64,000 bases of DNA from a virus: the IMG/VR virus record IMGVR_UViG_3300023179_000021, positions 64,001-128,000 of that record; one strand, 5' to 3'. This document shows, piece after piece, positions 9,440 through 18,651 of the stretch. Each line of letters opens with the position of its first letter. Position 1 is the stretch's first letter. The translations under genes were made by a program, and so were the position numbers. A model generated the notes under the pieces. The model was not told the origin of the DNA. It searched no databases and was given only the letters and a program-made list of their open reading frames with translations.

Positions 9440-11151
9440 TGATAATTTTTCAAAAAATCCGTTGGAAGAATTTACTTTCAACAGGTAATAATTACACAGA
9501 AATTAACTTATCAACAAACACCAATACACTGATTGTTGGTGAAAATGGCTCAGGCAAATCTACAATGCTTGATGCTTTATGCTTTGGTTTATTTGGTAAA
9601 GCTTTTCGTTCAATTAATAAACCACAACTTTTAAACAGTATTAATCAAAAAGAATGTGTAGTTGAAATTGAATTTGAAGCCAATAACAAAACCTATAAAA
9701 TCATTCGTGGCATCAAACCAAATATCTTTGAAATCTATTGTAATGGCACTCTGCTTAATCAAGAGGCTGCATCAAGAGATTACCAAGAACACCTCGAAAA
9801 ATTTATACTGAAACTTAATTATAAATCTTTCACACAGATTGTTATTCTTGGTTCAGCTTCATTTACGCCGTTTATGCAACTTTCGGCATCTGACCGCCGA
9901 ACAATCATTGAAGACTTGCTCGATATACAAATATTTTCGACGATGAATGGATTAGTCAAAGAACGATTATCAGCCAATAAAGAAAGTACTTCATCTATTA
10001 AACATCAAATTGATTTATTTACCAAAGAATATGAGTTAAAAAAGAAACATATTGAAGACCTCAAAAAATCAAATGATGATGAGGTGAAGCGATATGAAGA
10101 AGAGATTCAAAATAATATTGAAACTATAAGTCAACTATTGGCAAATAATCAAGTTCTTACAATTAGAACTGAAGAATTAAATCATGAAATTTCAAATAAA
10201 ATTGATTGTGAAAACAAAATTAAAAAGATTACAAAACTTGAATCTCAAATTGAAAACAATATTTCCAAGTATGAAAAAGATATAAGTTTTTTTACAAATA
10301 ACAATGATTGTCCAACATGTAGGCAATCAATAGTTTCTGAATTCAAAGAAGAACAAATTAATTCTCTTGGTATTAAAAACAATGATTCTAAGGCCGCTCT
10401 TGAACAACTTAAAAGAAAACTTAAAGATGAACAAGAAAGGCTAAATGAAATCAATGAAACACAATCCTTGATTCAAAGTTTTGTTGTAAAAATTGCTACA
10501 AATAATACTTCAATCAATGAAACAAACAAGTATATTAACAAACTTCGTAAAAAAATTGAAGAACTTACCACGGACAAATCAAATACAGAGAAAGAAGGCA
10601 ACAACCTAAAAGAATTACAGGACTCTTTGTCTCAACTACAAGAATCGTTAAAAGAACTAATACAAGAAAAAGCATACTTAGAAGTGGCCTCAACGCTATT
10701 GAAAGATACTGGCATTAAAACAAAGATTGTCAAACAATATCTTCCAATTATTAACAAACTGGTCAATAAGTATTTAGCTCTTTTGGATTTCTTTGTGAAC
10801 TTTAACCTTGATGAATCGTTCAAAGAAACAATTAAGTCTCGGCACCGTGATGATTTTTCATATAATAATTTTTCAGAAGGTGAGAAACAAAGAATTGATA
10901 TGGCTCTTATGTTAACTTGGCGTGCTGTTGCTAAGTTAAAAAATTCAGCCAATACTAATTTATTGATACTTGATGAAACGTTTGATTCAAGTTTGGATGC
11001 CAATGGAACCGAATATCTAATGACAGTTTTACACACATTAGAGGGGGTAAATTTATTTGTTATTTCACATAAAGGTGATGTGTTGCAAGATAAATTCAGT
11101 AATGTTATTCGTTTTGTAAAGGAAAAGAATTTCTCTAAGGTGATAAAATGA
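9439..11151 (+). CDS. gp46: Recombination ATPase gp46 (Rad50/SbcC-like)
   Basis: GENGSGKS, CPTC zinc hook, FSEGEK signature, LILDE. Confidence 0.95.
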   Translation: MIIFQKIRWKNLLSTGNNYTEINLSTNTNTLIVGENGSGKSTMLDALCFGLFGKAFRSINKPQLLNSINQKECVVEIEFEANNKTYKIIRGIKPNIFEIYCNGTLLNQEAASRDYQEHLEKFILKLNYKSFTQIVILGSASFTPFMQLSASDRRTIIEDLLDIQIFSTMNGLVKERLSANKESTSSIKHQIDLFTKEYELKKKHIEDLKKSNDDEVKRYEEEIQNNIETISQLLANNQVLTIRTEELNHEISNKIDCENKIKKITKLESQIENNISKYEKDISFFTNNNDCPTCRQSIVSEFKEEQINSLGIKNNDSKAALEQLKRKLKDEQERLNEINETQSLIQSFVVKIATNNTSINETNKYINKLRKKIEELTTDKSNTEKEGNNLKELQDSLSQLQESLKELIQEKAYLEVASTLLKDTGIKTKIVKQYLPIINKLVNKYLALLDFFVNFNLDESFKETIKSRHRDDFSYNNFSEGEKQRIDMALMLTWRAVAKLKNSANTNLLILDETFDSSLDANGTEYLMTVLHTLEGVNLFVISHKGDVLQDKFSNVIRFVKEKNFSKVIK

Positions 11152-11723
11152 GTGAAGAATTTTTAGTTATTAATACAGAACAATCTTTGGTTAAGCCAAA
11201 AGCATTAGAACCATTGCCATTGTATGATGAAAACTATTCGATGTTGAAACAAAAGATGCCTGATTATACTGGTCAATTACCAAATCAAAATATGACCAAC
11301 CTCATTGAGCGTATGAAAATGACAATGAGAAAGTTTTCGGGCATTGGTCTTTCGGCAAACCAATGTGGTATTATGACCAGAATGTTTATTATTGGGCATG
11401 AAAACTTTGAACTGGTGTGTATCAACCCTAAGGTTCTTGGCCAATCGGCAGAAATAATTAAAGGCGATGAAGGTTGCCTCTCTTTTCCCGGTTTGTTTTG
11501 TAAGATAGAAAGGCCTGCATGGATCGATGTTGAATTTATGAATGAAAAGGGTGAGATTCTACAGACAAGACTTGAGGGTTTAACTGCAAGATGTTATTTA
11601 CATGAACTCGATCACATGAATGGAATTAAATTAATTGACCATGTTGGCCCTGTAGCTTTAAAAATGGCTCGTGAAAAACAAAGAAAACGTATTAAAACAA
11701 TTACTAAACGATTGAAAAAATAA
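11148..11723 (+). CDS. def: Peptide deformylase
   Basis: GIGLSANQ, EGCLS and HELDH motifs. Confidence 0.92.
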   Translation: MSEEFLVINTEQSLVKPKALEPLPLYDENYSMLKQKMPDYTGQLPNQNMTNLIERMKMTMRKFSGIGLSANQCGIMTRMFIIGHENFELVCINPKVLGQSAEIIKGDEGCLSFPGLFCKIERPAWIDVEFMNEKGEILQTRLEGLTARCYLHELDHMNGIKLIDHVGPVALKMAREKQRKRIKTITKRLKK

Positions 11724-13000
11724 TGTCTTACTCATTTGACCCTAAAGATGATGTTGATACACAATGGCAAAAATGGCGCGATTCTGGTTTAACTTTTCAA
11801 CAAATCGACGAAGAAAAACTCCGAACTAAAGTAATTGAAGAACTTACTTATGTTTCAAAGATGGATGTTAAAGAGTACACTTTGTATCAGAAATGGTGTG
11901 AGGTGCAAGAAAAATACCCTTCAACTATTATAAATGATTTATGGGAAGGCCAAAAATGTGTTCTGCAAGATGAAGATCAACGCCGCGCTATCGATGAAAT
12001 AAAACGCAATTTTTGGATACCTGAAACATCTGAAGCTTACGAAGCACTAGAACCAGAACTTCTTTACACCAATAAAGAAAAAGGTCTGCCTGAATTGTGG
12101 AATTGTATTCGCACATTCTCTTCAACAATGAAAAACAATTCAAACATCGGCCGTAATCTTAATTTTATTGTGCGTGATCGAATCACTAAGAAATATCTTG
12201 GTGTGATTTGTATTTCATCAGATTTTCTTGACCTCACACCAAGAGATAGGTACATTGGATGGTCAAGAGAATTAAAAACGCAAGGCGGTATGATTAATCA
12301 CACGGCCATCGGTTCAACAATTGTACCTTTGCAACCACTTGGGTTTAATTATGTCGGTGGTAAACTTCTTGCTCTACTTTGTCTTTCGGATCCAATACAA
12401 GAACTTTGGGAGAAATTGTACGGTGATAAGTTGGTGTCTATAACCACCACATCACTCTATGGTAAAACAAAGGCGGATGGTCTATCCCAGTATGACAATC
12501 TAGACTACTGGCAGAAAATGGGATTCACTTCAGGTTCCGTGTCGTATGAACCTACCAATGAAACAAGGTATATGATTCGTGAGTGGCTTAAAACAAATCA
12601 CACACGGAGATACTTTGAATGGTATATTGCGAAGAAACCATCTGGTCAACCACATAAACGTGACCATAAGAATCGTTCATTGACCTTTGCGTATTCTAAA
12701 CTCAATGTACCAAAAGAATTTATTAAATCTGACCATGCTCGTGGTATTTACTGGTGCCCTTTGTATGCTGAATCAGTAGAGTTTCTCCGAGGCGAACATG
12801 ACGGCAAGAATATGAAAAAATGTTTTGATTCTTCGATTCAAGACCTAAGTAATATATGGAAGAATAAACATGCAAGGCCTCGAATTAAACAATTAGTAAA
12901 AAAAGACCGTGTTTCACATGATACTCTTTTCTATGACAATTTGGCAACCTTGTCTTGGGAAGAAGCAAAGTCTATGTATCTTCAACAAGTTGGCAGGTAA
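11723..13000 (+). CDS. DUF4338/DruA-like, Mom-related GNAT-fold protein (putative DNA-modifying enzyme), copy 1
   Basis: GRNLNFIV.D, IVPLQPLGFNYVGGKLLALLC, TTTSLYG...SQYD and W.KMGFTSG motifs; paralog at 30988. Confidence 0.65.
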   Translation: MSYSFDPKDDVDTQWQKWRDSGLTFQQIDEEKLRTKVIEELTYVSKMDVKEYTLYQKWCEVQEKYPSTIINDLWEGQKCVLQDEDQRRAIDEIKRNFWIPETSEAYEALEPELLYTNKEKGLPELWNCIRTFSSTMKNNSNIGRNLNFIVRDRITKKYLGVICISSDFLDLTPRDRYIGWSRELKTQGGMINHTAIGSTIVPLQPLGFNYVGGKLLALLCLSDPIQELWEKLYGDKLVSITTTSLYGKTKADGLSQYDNLDYWQKMGFTSGSVSYEPTNETRYMIREWLKTNHTRRYFEWYIAKKPSGQPHKRDHKNRSLTFAYSKLNVPKEFIKSDHARGIYWCPLYAESVEFLRGEHDGKNMKKCFDSSIQDLSNIWKNKHARPRIKQLVKKDRVSHDTLFYDNLATLSWEEAKSMYLQQVGR

Positions 13001-13430
13001 AACCTTTATGAATTTTGTATTTACCTTTAGCCACATTGTACATACAACTTTCATAAAGATTATTTTCTTTACAGAATTTTTTAAGATTTTTAACCTTTTC
13101 GGTTTTACCGTCAGGAAAAGTTACTAACCAATTTTTCGAAAGTGTGTTTGCTATTTTATTTTTTTGTATTTGACTGTTTGGGATGCCTTTGTTCCAGGTT
13201 GTAATTCCTTTCAGAGCGAGACTTATTTTATCTTTAGATTCTTGTGTGTGTTTTTTGCCCAGATTAAGTTCTCTTAAGATTTGTTTTGTTGATTCGTGGA
13301 GTTTTTCTCCTTTAATTGCACCTCGATAAGACCAAACAGCATCATTTGGAATTTCTATTGGATTGTTTTTGATCCATTCACGCAGTTCTGTGGTCCAATC
13401 ATCATCTAGATTGTGAGAATAAATACTCAT
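12972..13430 (-). mobile_element. Free-standing homing-endonuclease-like gene with NUMOD3-type repeats and no obvious nuclease domain
   Basis: KKHTQESKDKISLALKG, WNKGIP and NLKKFCKENNL motifs; likely ATG at 13430 (MSIYSH) preceded by AAGGA; the only credible minus-strand gene in the window. Confidence 0.65.
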
Positions 13431-13508
13431 GCTGACATTCCTTACTAATGTTAGAGTGGGTGCAGACGGCAATCTGGCGACCCACACCTATATATGCCGT
13501 TAAAACTC

Positions 13509-13537
13509 TTGACAAATTACATATATATTAGTATAGT
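13509..13537 (+). promoter_or_regulatory. Sigma70 promoter driving the tRNA-like RNA
   Basis: TTGACA(13509)-17 nt-TATAGT(13532); predicted start a few nt before 13546. Confidence 0.75.
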
Positions 13538-13545
13538 CCAAATAT

Positions 13546-13611
13546 GCGGTGAGTCCGAGACAGCTTACCTTCCCAGTAGGCAGAGAGGTTTAACTCCTCT
13601 GAACCGCTCCA
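13546..13611 (+). tRNA. Non-canonical tRNA-Gly(UCC)-like RNA with a minimal D arm
   Basis: GCGGT/ACCGC acceptor stem + T-CCA; anticodon arm GCTTAC-CTTCCCA-GTAGGC; T arm AGAGG-TTTAACT-CCTCT; D arm reduced to GTC-CGA-GAC. Confidence 0.75.
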
Positions 13612-13615
13612 CTTC

Positions 13616-13697
13616 TGTTGTATAAAAACAACAAAAAAGTTTAATGAAATCAATGACTTACAAAGCGCTTGACAAATCACTGCGGCTAGAGTAAGAT
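13616..13697 (+). promoter_or_regulatory. Promoter region: TGTTG-N8-CAACA palindrome, IHF-consensus site and sigma70 promoter
   Basis: Palindrome 13616-13633; AATCAATGACTTA (WATCAANNNNTTR) 13648-13660; TTGACA(13669)-17 nt-TAAGAT. Confidence 0.6.
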
Positions 13698-13725
13698 GGT
13701 AACATAAATCATTACGGATATCGAT

Positions 13726-16062
13726 ATGTCATTTACTGCTGAACAAAAATCGCAACTTGCCAAACTGATGGCGACCGAGAATTTGACGGTTCAACACCAG
13801 AAAATTTCAACAGCCAAATTTGATCCTAAAAACCGTGTATTGTATCTCCCAATCTGGCAGGATATGTCTGGTGATCTTTATGATCTCTTGGCAGGCCATG
13901 AAGTTGGTCATGCTCTTCATACTCCCGCTGAAGGTTGGCACAATGCTGTAGTTGACAAAACAAAGCCTGCTTCATACAAAAACTTTTTGAATGTCGTTGA
14001 AGATGCTCGTATTGAGAAAAAAGTAAAGCGCCGGTATCCTGGTCTTCGCTTGCCTTTTCAGAGAGCATATAAAGAGCTTTTCGACCGTGATTTTTTTGGT
14101 ATTCGGAACCGTGACCCTAATAAATTGCCTTTTATCGACCGTTTGAATATTTACTCAAAGTCACAATACACTGCTTCGTTCCTTGAATTCAATGAGCGTG
14201 AACTTGATTTTGTTGATAGAATTCAAAAAACTGAAAGCTGGGATGATGTTGTTGCCTTGACCAATGAAATTTTCGAATACTCAAAGGAAGAGCAATCTCA
14301 AATCCAACATACTGATTTTGATCCAGACAATTATGGTGAAGATGGTTTTGATGAAGATTCCGCTTTTGATGAAGTTGACCAAGATGAAGATGGTCAAAGT
14401 CAAAACGGTACCAAGTCTAAGGCTGGTGATGAAAACGAAGGTGATGAATCGGAAGCCGAGGGTGATGGTGGTGCCGATGGTTCAAATGACAAAGGCGAAA
14501 CTGGTGAATCTAAAGGTTCTCGGCTGAATCGTTTCAAGGACTCGGAGGAATCTGATGAAGATCAATTTGAGCCAGAATGTATTACTGATGAAAACTTCCG
14601 TAAAAATGAAGACTTATTGCTTGATGCACAAAGCAAACCTTTTGTTTATGTAAATGTGCCAAAATTCAATGCGAAACATAGCATCACGCCAGCAAGCCGT
14701 GTGGTCGAACAAATCAATGATTATTATACAAAAGGATTTTCGCTCACGGAAGTTCTATCTGCGGCTGATATCCAAAAATTGATCGGCGATTTCAAAAATC
14801 GAAATGAACGGTATATTGGTTTACTTGCTAAAGAATTTGAAATGCGTAAAGCTGCCAAAGCTTTTAGTAAGTCTAAGTTGTCCGACACCGGCGATATTGA
14901 TGTTGCTAAACTTTCATCTTACCAGTTTGATGACAACATTTTCCGCAAAGTGATGTTGACACCAAAAGGTAAAAATCATGGTCTTATGTTGTTACTTGAC
15001 AAATCGGGTTCCATGGCCGATAACATGCCTGGTTCAATTGAACAGATTTTGATTCTTGCTATGTTTTGTCGCAAAGTGAATATCCCGTTTGTGGTGTACG
15101 GATTCGGTAGTTCCTATCGTGCTCGGAAGACTGATTTTCCTGGAGAGTACCTTAAGAATGATGATGGTTCGGGAAAAGTTTTTTCTGCTCATAGCAATGA
15201 TCTCCGTTTCAGTGAAGTTTATCTCCGTGAGTATCTAAATTCAAGCATGTCAAACATGGAATTTATGTCGGCTGTCAAAGCTTTGTTGTTACTCAAGCGG
15301 TCATTTGAAATGAAATGGCGCTCCAGTCGGCCCGATTCAGAAGATTTATCGAATACTCCGTTGACCGAGGCTGTATTTGCTTGCACTCATTTGATGCAAA
15401 AATTCCGCCAAAAACACAACCTAGACCTTTCAAGTTTGGTGGTTGTACATGATGGTGATTCAGACTCTATTGGTTCTTTTTATCAACAAAGTGAACCTGG
15501 ATTGAGTAAGTACACCAACAGTTTCAGTACAATTATTCATAACGTGATTGTTCAGGATCGCCAAAACAAATTTGAGTATAAGTTGAAAACTCCTGATCCT
15601 TCGAAGGCTCACTTTGATCCAATGCTTCTGTGCGCTATTGAGTATTTCAAACAGCTAAGTAATTCAAAGGTGTTTGGTTTCTTCTTGACAAGCGGCAGTC
15701 GTGGTAGTGCAAAGGCTTCAATTATGAACCGCTATGTGTTTGACGATGGCGAAAACTTTGAATCTCTTGAAAAGAAAGCTTTCAGAAGCCATAACTATAA
15801 TGAAAAAGCTCGTGTCAATCAACAATTAGATTTGATGGTGAAGAAGTTTAAAGCTGAGAAGTTCCTGATCAGCAAACCAAAAGGCTACAATGAATTTTAT
15901 ATTGTGGCTGGTGGTGATGAATTGGTTACCGAGGCTGATGAAATGGAAATCGAAGGCAAAGTGACCTCATCCAAATTGAAAGCCGCCTTTTTAAAGATGA
16001 ACAAAAAGAAAGCCATCAATCGTGTTTTGGTCTCCCGTTTCATCCAGGGCATTGCCGCCTGA
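13726..16062 (+). CDS. CobT-like VWA protein with an N-terminal HExxH metallopeptidase-like domain
   Basis: HEVGH, NVVEDARIE, acidic linker, MIDAS DKSGS, TPL and HDGD. Confidence 0.85.
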   Translation: MSFTAEQKSQLAKLMATENLTVQHQKISTAKFDPKNRVLYLPIWQDMSGDLYDLLAGHEVGHALHTPAEGWHNAVVDKTKPASYKNFLNVVEDARIEKKVKRRYPGLRLPFQRAYKELFDRDFFGIRNRDPNKLPFIDRLNIYSKSQYTASFLEFNERELDFVDRIQKTESWDDVVALTNEIFEYSKEEQSQIQHTDFDPDNYGEDGFDEDSAFDEVDQDEDGQSQNGTKSKAGDENEGDESEAEGDGGADGSNDKGETGESKGSRLNRFKDSEESDEDQFEPECITDENFRKNEDLLLDAQSKPFVYVNVPKFNAKHSITPASRVVEQINDYYTKGFSLTEVLSAADIQKLIGDFKNRNERYIGLLAKEFEMRKAAKAFSKSKLSDTGDIDVAKLSSYQFDDNIFRKVMLTPKGKNHGLMLLLDKSGSMADNMPGSIEQILILAMFCRKVNIPFVVYGFGSSYRARKTDFPGEYLKNDDGSGKVFSAHSNDLRFSEVYLREYLNSSMSNMEFMSAVKALLLLKRSFEMKWRSSRPDSEDLSNTPLTEAVFACTHLMQKFRQKHNLDLSSLVVVHDGDSDSIGSFYQQSEPGLSKYTNSFSTIIHNVIVQDRQNKFEYKLKTPDPSKAHFDPMLLCAIEYFKQLSNSKVFGFFLTSGSRGSAKASIMNRYVFDDGENFESLEKKAFRSHNYNEKARVNQQLDLMVKKFKAEKFLISKPKGYNEFYIVAGGDELVTEADEMEIEGKVTSSKLKAAFLKMNKKKAINRVLVSRFIQGIAA

Positions 16063-16113
16063 TGTTGTTTTTATGCAACAGGGCTTGACAGAGCCCTGAT
16101 TCTTTTATATAAT
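16063..16113 (+). promoter_or_regulatory. TGTTG-N8-CAACA palindrome plus consensus sigma70 promoter
   Basis: Palindrome 16063-16080; TTGACA(16085)-17 nt-TATAAT(16108). Confidence 0.75.
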
Positions 16114-16144
16114 GGATCCATATTGTGAATGAGGATATTTCGTT

Positions 16145-17323
16145 ATGACTTCCCGTGCTTCTAATCGCCAAAATTTCATCGATTCCTTAATTGCTCTTGG
16201 CAAACCTGTGGTTACCAAGGCTGAGATTAAGAAAGTTTGTGCTGAAATCGGCATTTCTAGTGCCGCTTGGTTTACTAAAGATGAAAACAACCGTGTTGGT
16301 CATGGTCTATATAAAGTACCGACCGCTTCAGATGTAGCATCTATACCTGCTATGGTAGCTCAAGTTTTGCCAATGACTAAACCTGTGGAAAAATCAGAAA
16401 ATCGTATTCAAAATGTTTCGACCGATCTGGAAGAAACTGACCTAGTTCCTAAAGTGTACAAAAATTATGTACCGTTTGGTAACTTTGATGATGTTCTGTC
16501 TATTGTACAAAGCAATCGATTCTTTCCTGTGTTCATTTCGGGCCACTCTGGCAACGGTAAGACCATGTCGGTCGAACAGGCTTGTGCTAAAGCCAAACGT
16601 AAGTTCATTTGTGTTTCAATGACACCTGAAACCGATGAAAGTGATTTGCTCGGTAACTATGTTCTTATTAACGGCAACATGGAATGGCGTGATGGTCCTG
16701 TGACCACTGCCGCTCGTCAAGGTGCTGTCCTTTGTATTGATGAAATTGACTATGGTGCTCAGAACCTATCGAGTCTTCAGCGTGTACTTGAAGGCAAACC
16801 TTTTATGCTGAAGAAAAAAGGTGAATTGATTGTGCCTGCTCCTGGTTTTACAATATTCGCAACCGCAAATACCAAAGGCAAAGGCTCTGATGATGGTCGT
16901 TACATGTTTACCAATGTTCTGAATGAAGCCTTTCTTGAGCGTTTTCGTAATACGCTTGAGCAAGAATGGCCTCCGACTACTGTAGAAAAAAAGATTGTCC
17001 GTAAGGAACTTGATTCAGTTGGTCGTTCTGATGATGATTTCGCAGATAAGTTGGTTACATGGGCGGATGTCATACGGAAGACGTTCACGGAAGGTGGTTG
17101 TGACGAAGTGATTTCTACACGCCGTTTGGTGCATATCGTTGAAACCTTTGGTATCTTCGGCGATAAAATGAAAGCCATTCGTATGTGTTTGAATCGCTTT
17201 GATGAGGACACTAAGGCTTCGTTTCTTGACCTGTATACTAAAGTTGATGCTGGTGCCACTGCTGAGCAGATTTTGACGCCAGAAACTCCGGCTAAACCAA
17301 TTGATGAAGAAATTCCGTTTTAA
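16145..17323 (+). CDS. CobS/MoxR-like AAA+ ATPase
   Basis: GHSGNGKT, LCIDEID, ATANTKG and NEAFLERF motifs; partner of the upstream VWA protein. Confidence 0.9.
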   Translation: MTSRASNRQNFIDSLIALGKPVVTKAEIKKVCAEIGISSAAWFTKDENNRVGHGLYKVPTASDVASIPAMVAQVLPMTKPVEKSENRIQNVSTDLEETDLVPKVYKNYVPFGNFDDVLSIVQSNRFFPVFISGHSGNGKTMSVEQACAKAKRKFICVSMTPETDESDLLGNYVLINGNMEWRDGPVTTAARQGAVLCIDEIDYGAQNLSSLQRVLEGKPFMLKKKGELIVPAPGFTIFATANTKGKGSDDGRYMFTNVLNEAFLERFRNTLEQEWPPTTVEKKIVRKELDSVGRSDDDFADKLVTWADVIRKTFTEGGCDEVISTRRLVHIVETFGIFGDKMKAIRMCLNRFDEDTKASFLDLYTKVDAGATAEQILTPETPAKPIDEEIPF

Positions 17324-17340
17324 TATTACCTGAATAATGC

Positions 17341-17369
17341 TTGACACAGGCTTCGGCCTGTGTTATATT
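17341..17369 (+). promoter_or_regulatory. Sigma70 promoter with a UUCG hairpin in the spacer
   Basis: TTGACA-caggcttcggcctgtgt-TATATT. Confidence 0.65.
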
Positions 17370-17420
17370 ATCGTTACTGAGAGAACGGTCGCCTCTCGGT
17401 AATGTTTTAGTGCGACCAAC

Positions 17421-17708
17421 ATGGAGAAATTTGTAATGTCCGCAAAAGAAAAAGTTTTAAATTATTTGTCAAAAATCGATGGGTATAATACATTGACCGC
17501 TAAAAAAATGCAAACGCTTTTTGGTGTCAAGAATCCATCAGCCACAATCAATGAACTTCGCAATGAAGGCCATGCTATTTACTTGAATAGCCGCAAAACT
17601 TCCAGTGGTGAGAAGGTATCTTTTTACCGTCTTGGTACACCAACGAAGCGTATGGTTGCTGCTGGTATTGCAGCTCTTCGCACACAAGGACGCCGTGCAT
17701 TTGCCTAA
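17421..17708 (+). CDS. Small winged-HTH DNA-binding protein
   Basis: FGVKNPSATINELRNEGHAIYLN...YRLGTP. Confidence 0.6.
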   Translation: MEKFVMSAKEKVLNYLSKIDGYNTLTAKKMQTLFGVKNPSATINELRNEGHAIYLNSRKTSSGEKVSFYRLGTPTKRMVAAGIAALRTQGRRAFA

Positions 17709-17730
17709 AAGATAGTCCACTTTGAGCGAC

Positions 17731-17764
17731 AGAGGGATATATACTTTATATCCCTCTTTATTTT
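17731..17764 (+). terminator. Terminator-like hairpin
   Basis: AGAGGGATATA-TACTT-TATATCCCTCT followed by a T-rich tail. Confidence 0.6.
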
Positions 17765-17775
17765 ATGGACAAATT

Positions 17776-18591
17776 ATGGAAATACAAGTAAAACTTGATG
17801 AATTGAGGAAACATAAAGTTTTTGTGGCAACACCAATGTATGGCGGTATGGCTCACGGACTTTATGTTAAATCCAGTCTTGACCTGCAAGCCATGTTAAC
17901 CAAGTATGGCGTTGAAACTAAATTTTCTTTTCTCTTTAACGAATCGCTAATTACAAGGGCTCGTAATTACCTTGTTGATGAATTTCTAAGAACAGATTAT
18001 ACACATTTACTTTTTATTGATTCTGATATTCACTATCATGCACAGGATGTCGTAGCACTTCTTGCACTTGATAAAGATGTAATTGGTGGGCCATATCCTA
18101 AGAAGGCCATCAATTGGCAGAATATTATTGATGCTGCAAGAAAACATCCCGACCTTGAAGCACATGAATTAGAAAAATTGGTTGGCCAGTATGTGTTCAA
18201 TGTGGTCAAAGGTACAAAACAATTTTCTGTAACTGAACCACTAGAAGTGATGGAAATTGGCACAGGCTACATGTTAATTAAACGACATGTATTTGATAAA
18301 ATGAGAGATGCTTTTCCAATGATTCATTACAAACCAGATCATGTTGGTCAAGCGAACTTTGATGGTTCTAGATACATTCATGCATATTTCGATACAGTGA
18401 TTGACGCCAAGGGTTCCATTACAGACGGTGGGACAGATCGTTACCTAAGTGAAGATTACATGTTCTGCCAAATGTGGCGTAAGATCGGCGGTCAAATTTT
18501 CTTATGCCCTTGGATGAAAACGCAACATGTCGGAAGTTATGCATTTACTGGAGATATGCCGGCGGTGGCCAATTATGCAGGAAAGTTATGA
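17776..18591 (+). CDS. GT-A fold glycosyltransferase-like protein
   Basis: ATPMYGG, NESLITRARN, LLFIDSDI (DxD) and YLSEDYMFC; ATG at 17776. Confidence 0.75.
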   Translation: MEIQVKLDELRKHKVFVATPMYGGMAHGLYVKSSLDLQAMLTKYGVETKFSFLFNESLITRARNYLVDEFLRTDYTHLLFIDSDIHYHAQDVVALLALDKDVIGGPYPKKAINWQNIIDAARKHPDLEAHELEKLVGQYVFNVVKGTKQFSVTEPLEVMEIGTGYMLIKRHVFDKMRDAFPMIHYKPDHVGQANFDGSRYIHAYFDTVIDAKGSITDGGTDRYLSEDYMFCQMWRKIGGQIFLCPWMKTQHVGSYAFTGDMPAVANYAGKL

Positions 18592-18651
18592 AAAACATAA
18601 CATATAAGTACAGGGCTTTATATAATCATGATATGAAAAAAGGTGATCGTA

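Noticed and set aside
11723-13000. Druantia defence system
   Set aside because: No DruE-like large helicase or other Dru genes; the DUF4338-like genes sit singly in phage replication operons.
13546-13611. Ordinary translational tRNA-Gly or a random pseudo-tRNA
   Set aside because: The D and T loops are non-canonical, yet the stems, GlyRS identity bases, CCA and promoter are intact, so neither label fits well. Decay cannot be fully excluded.
13726-17323. Cobalamin biosynthesis (cobT/cobS)
   Set aside because: This is a generic VWA + MoxR AAA pair common in T4-like phages; there is no cobN or other cob gene in the window.
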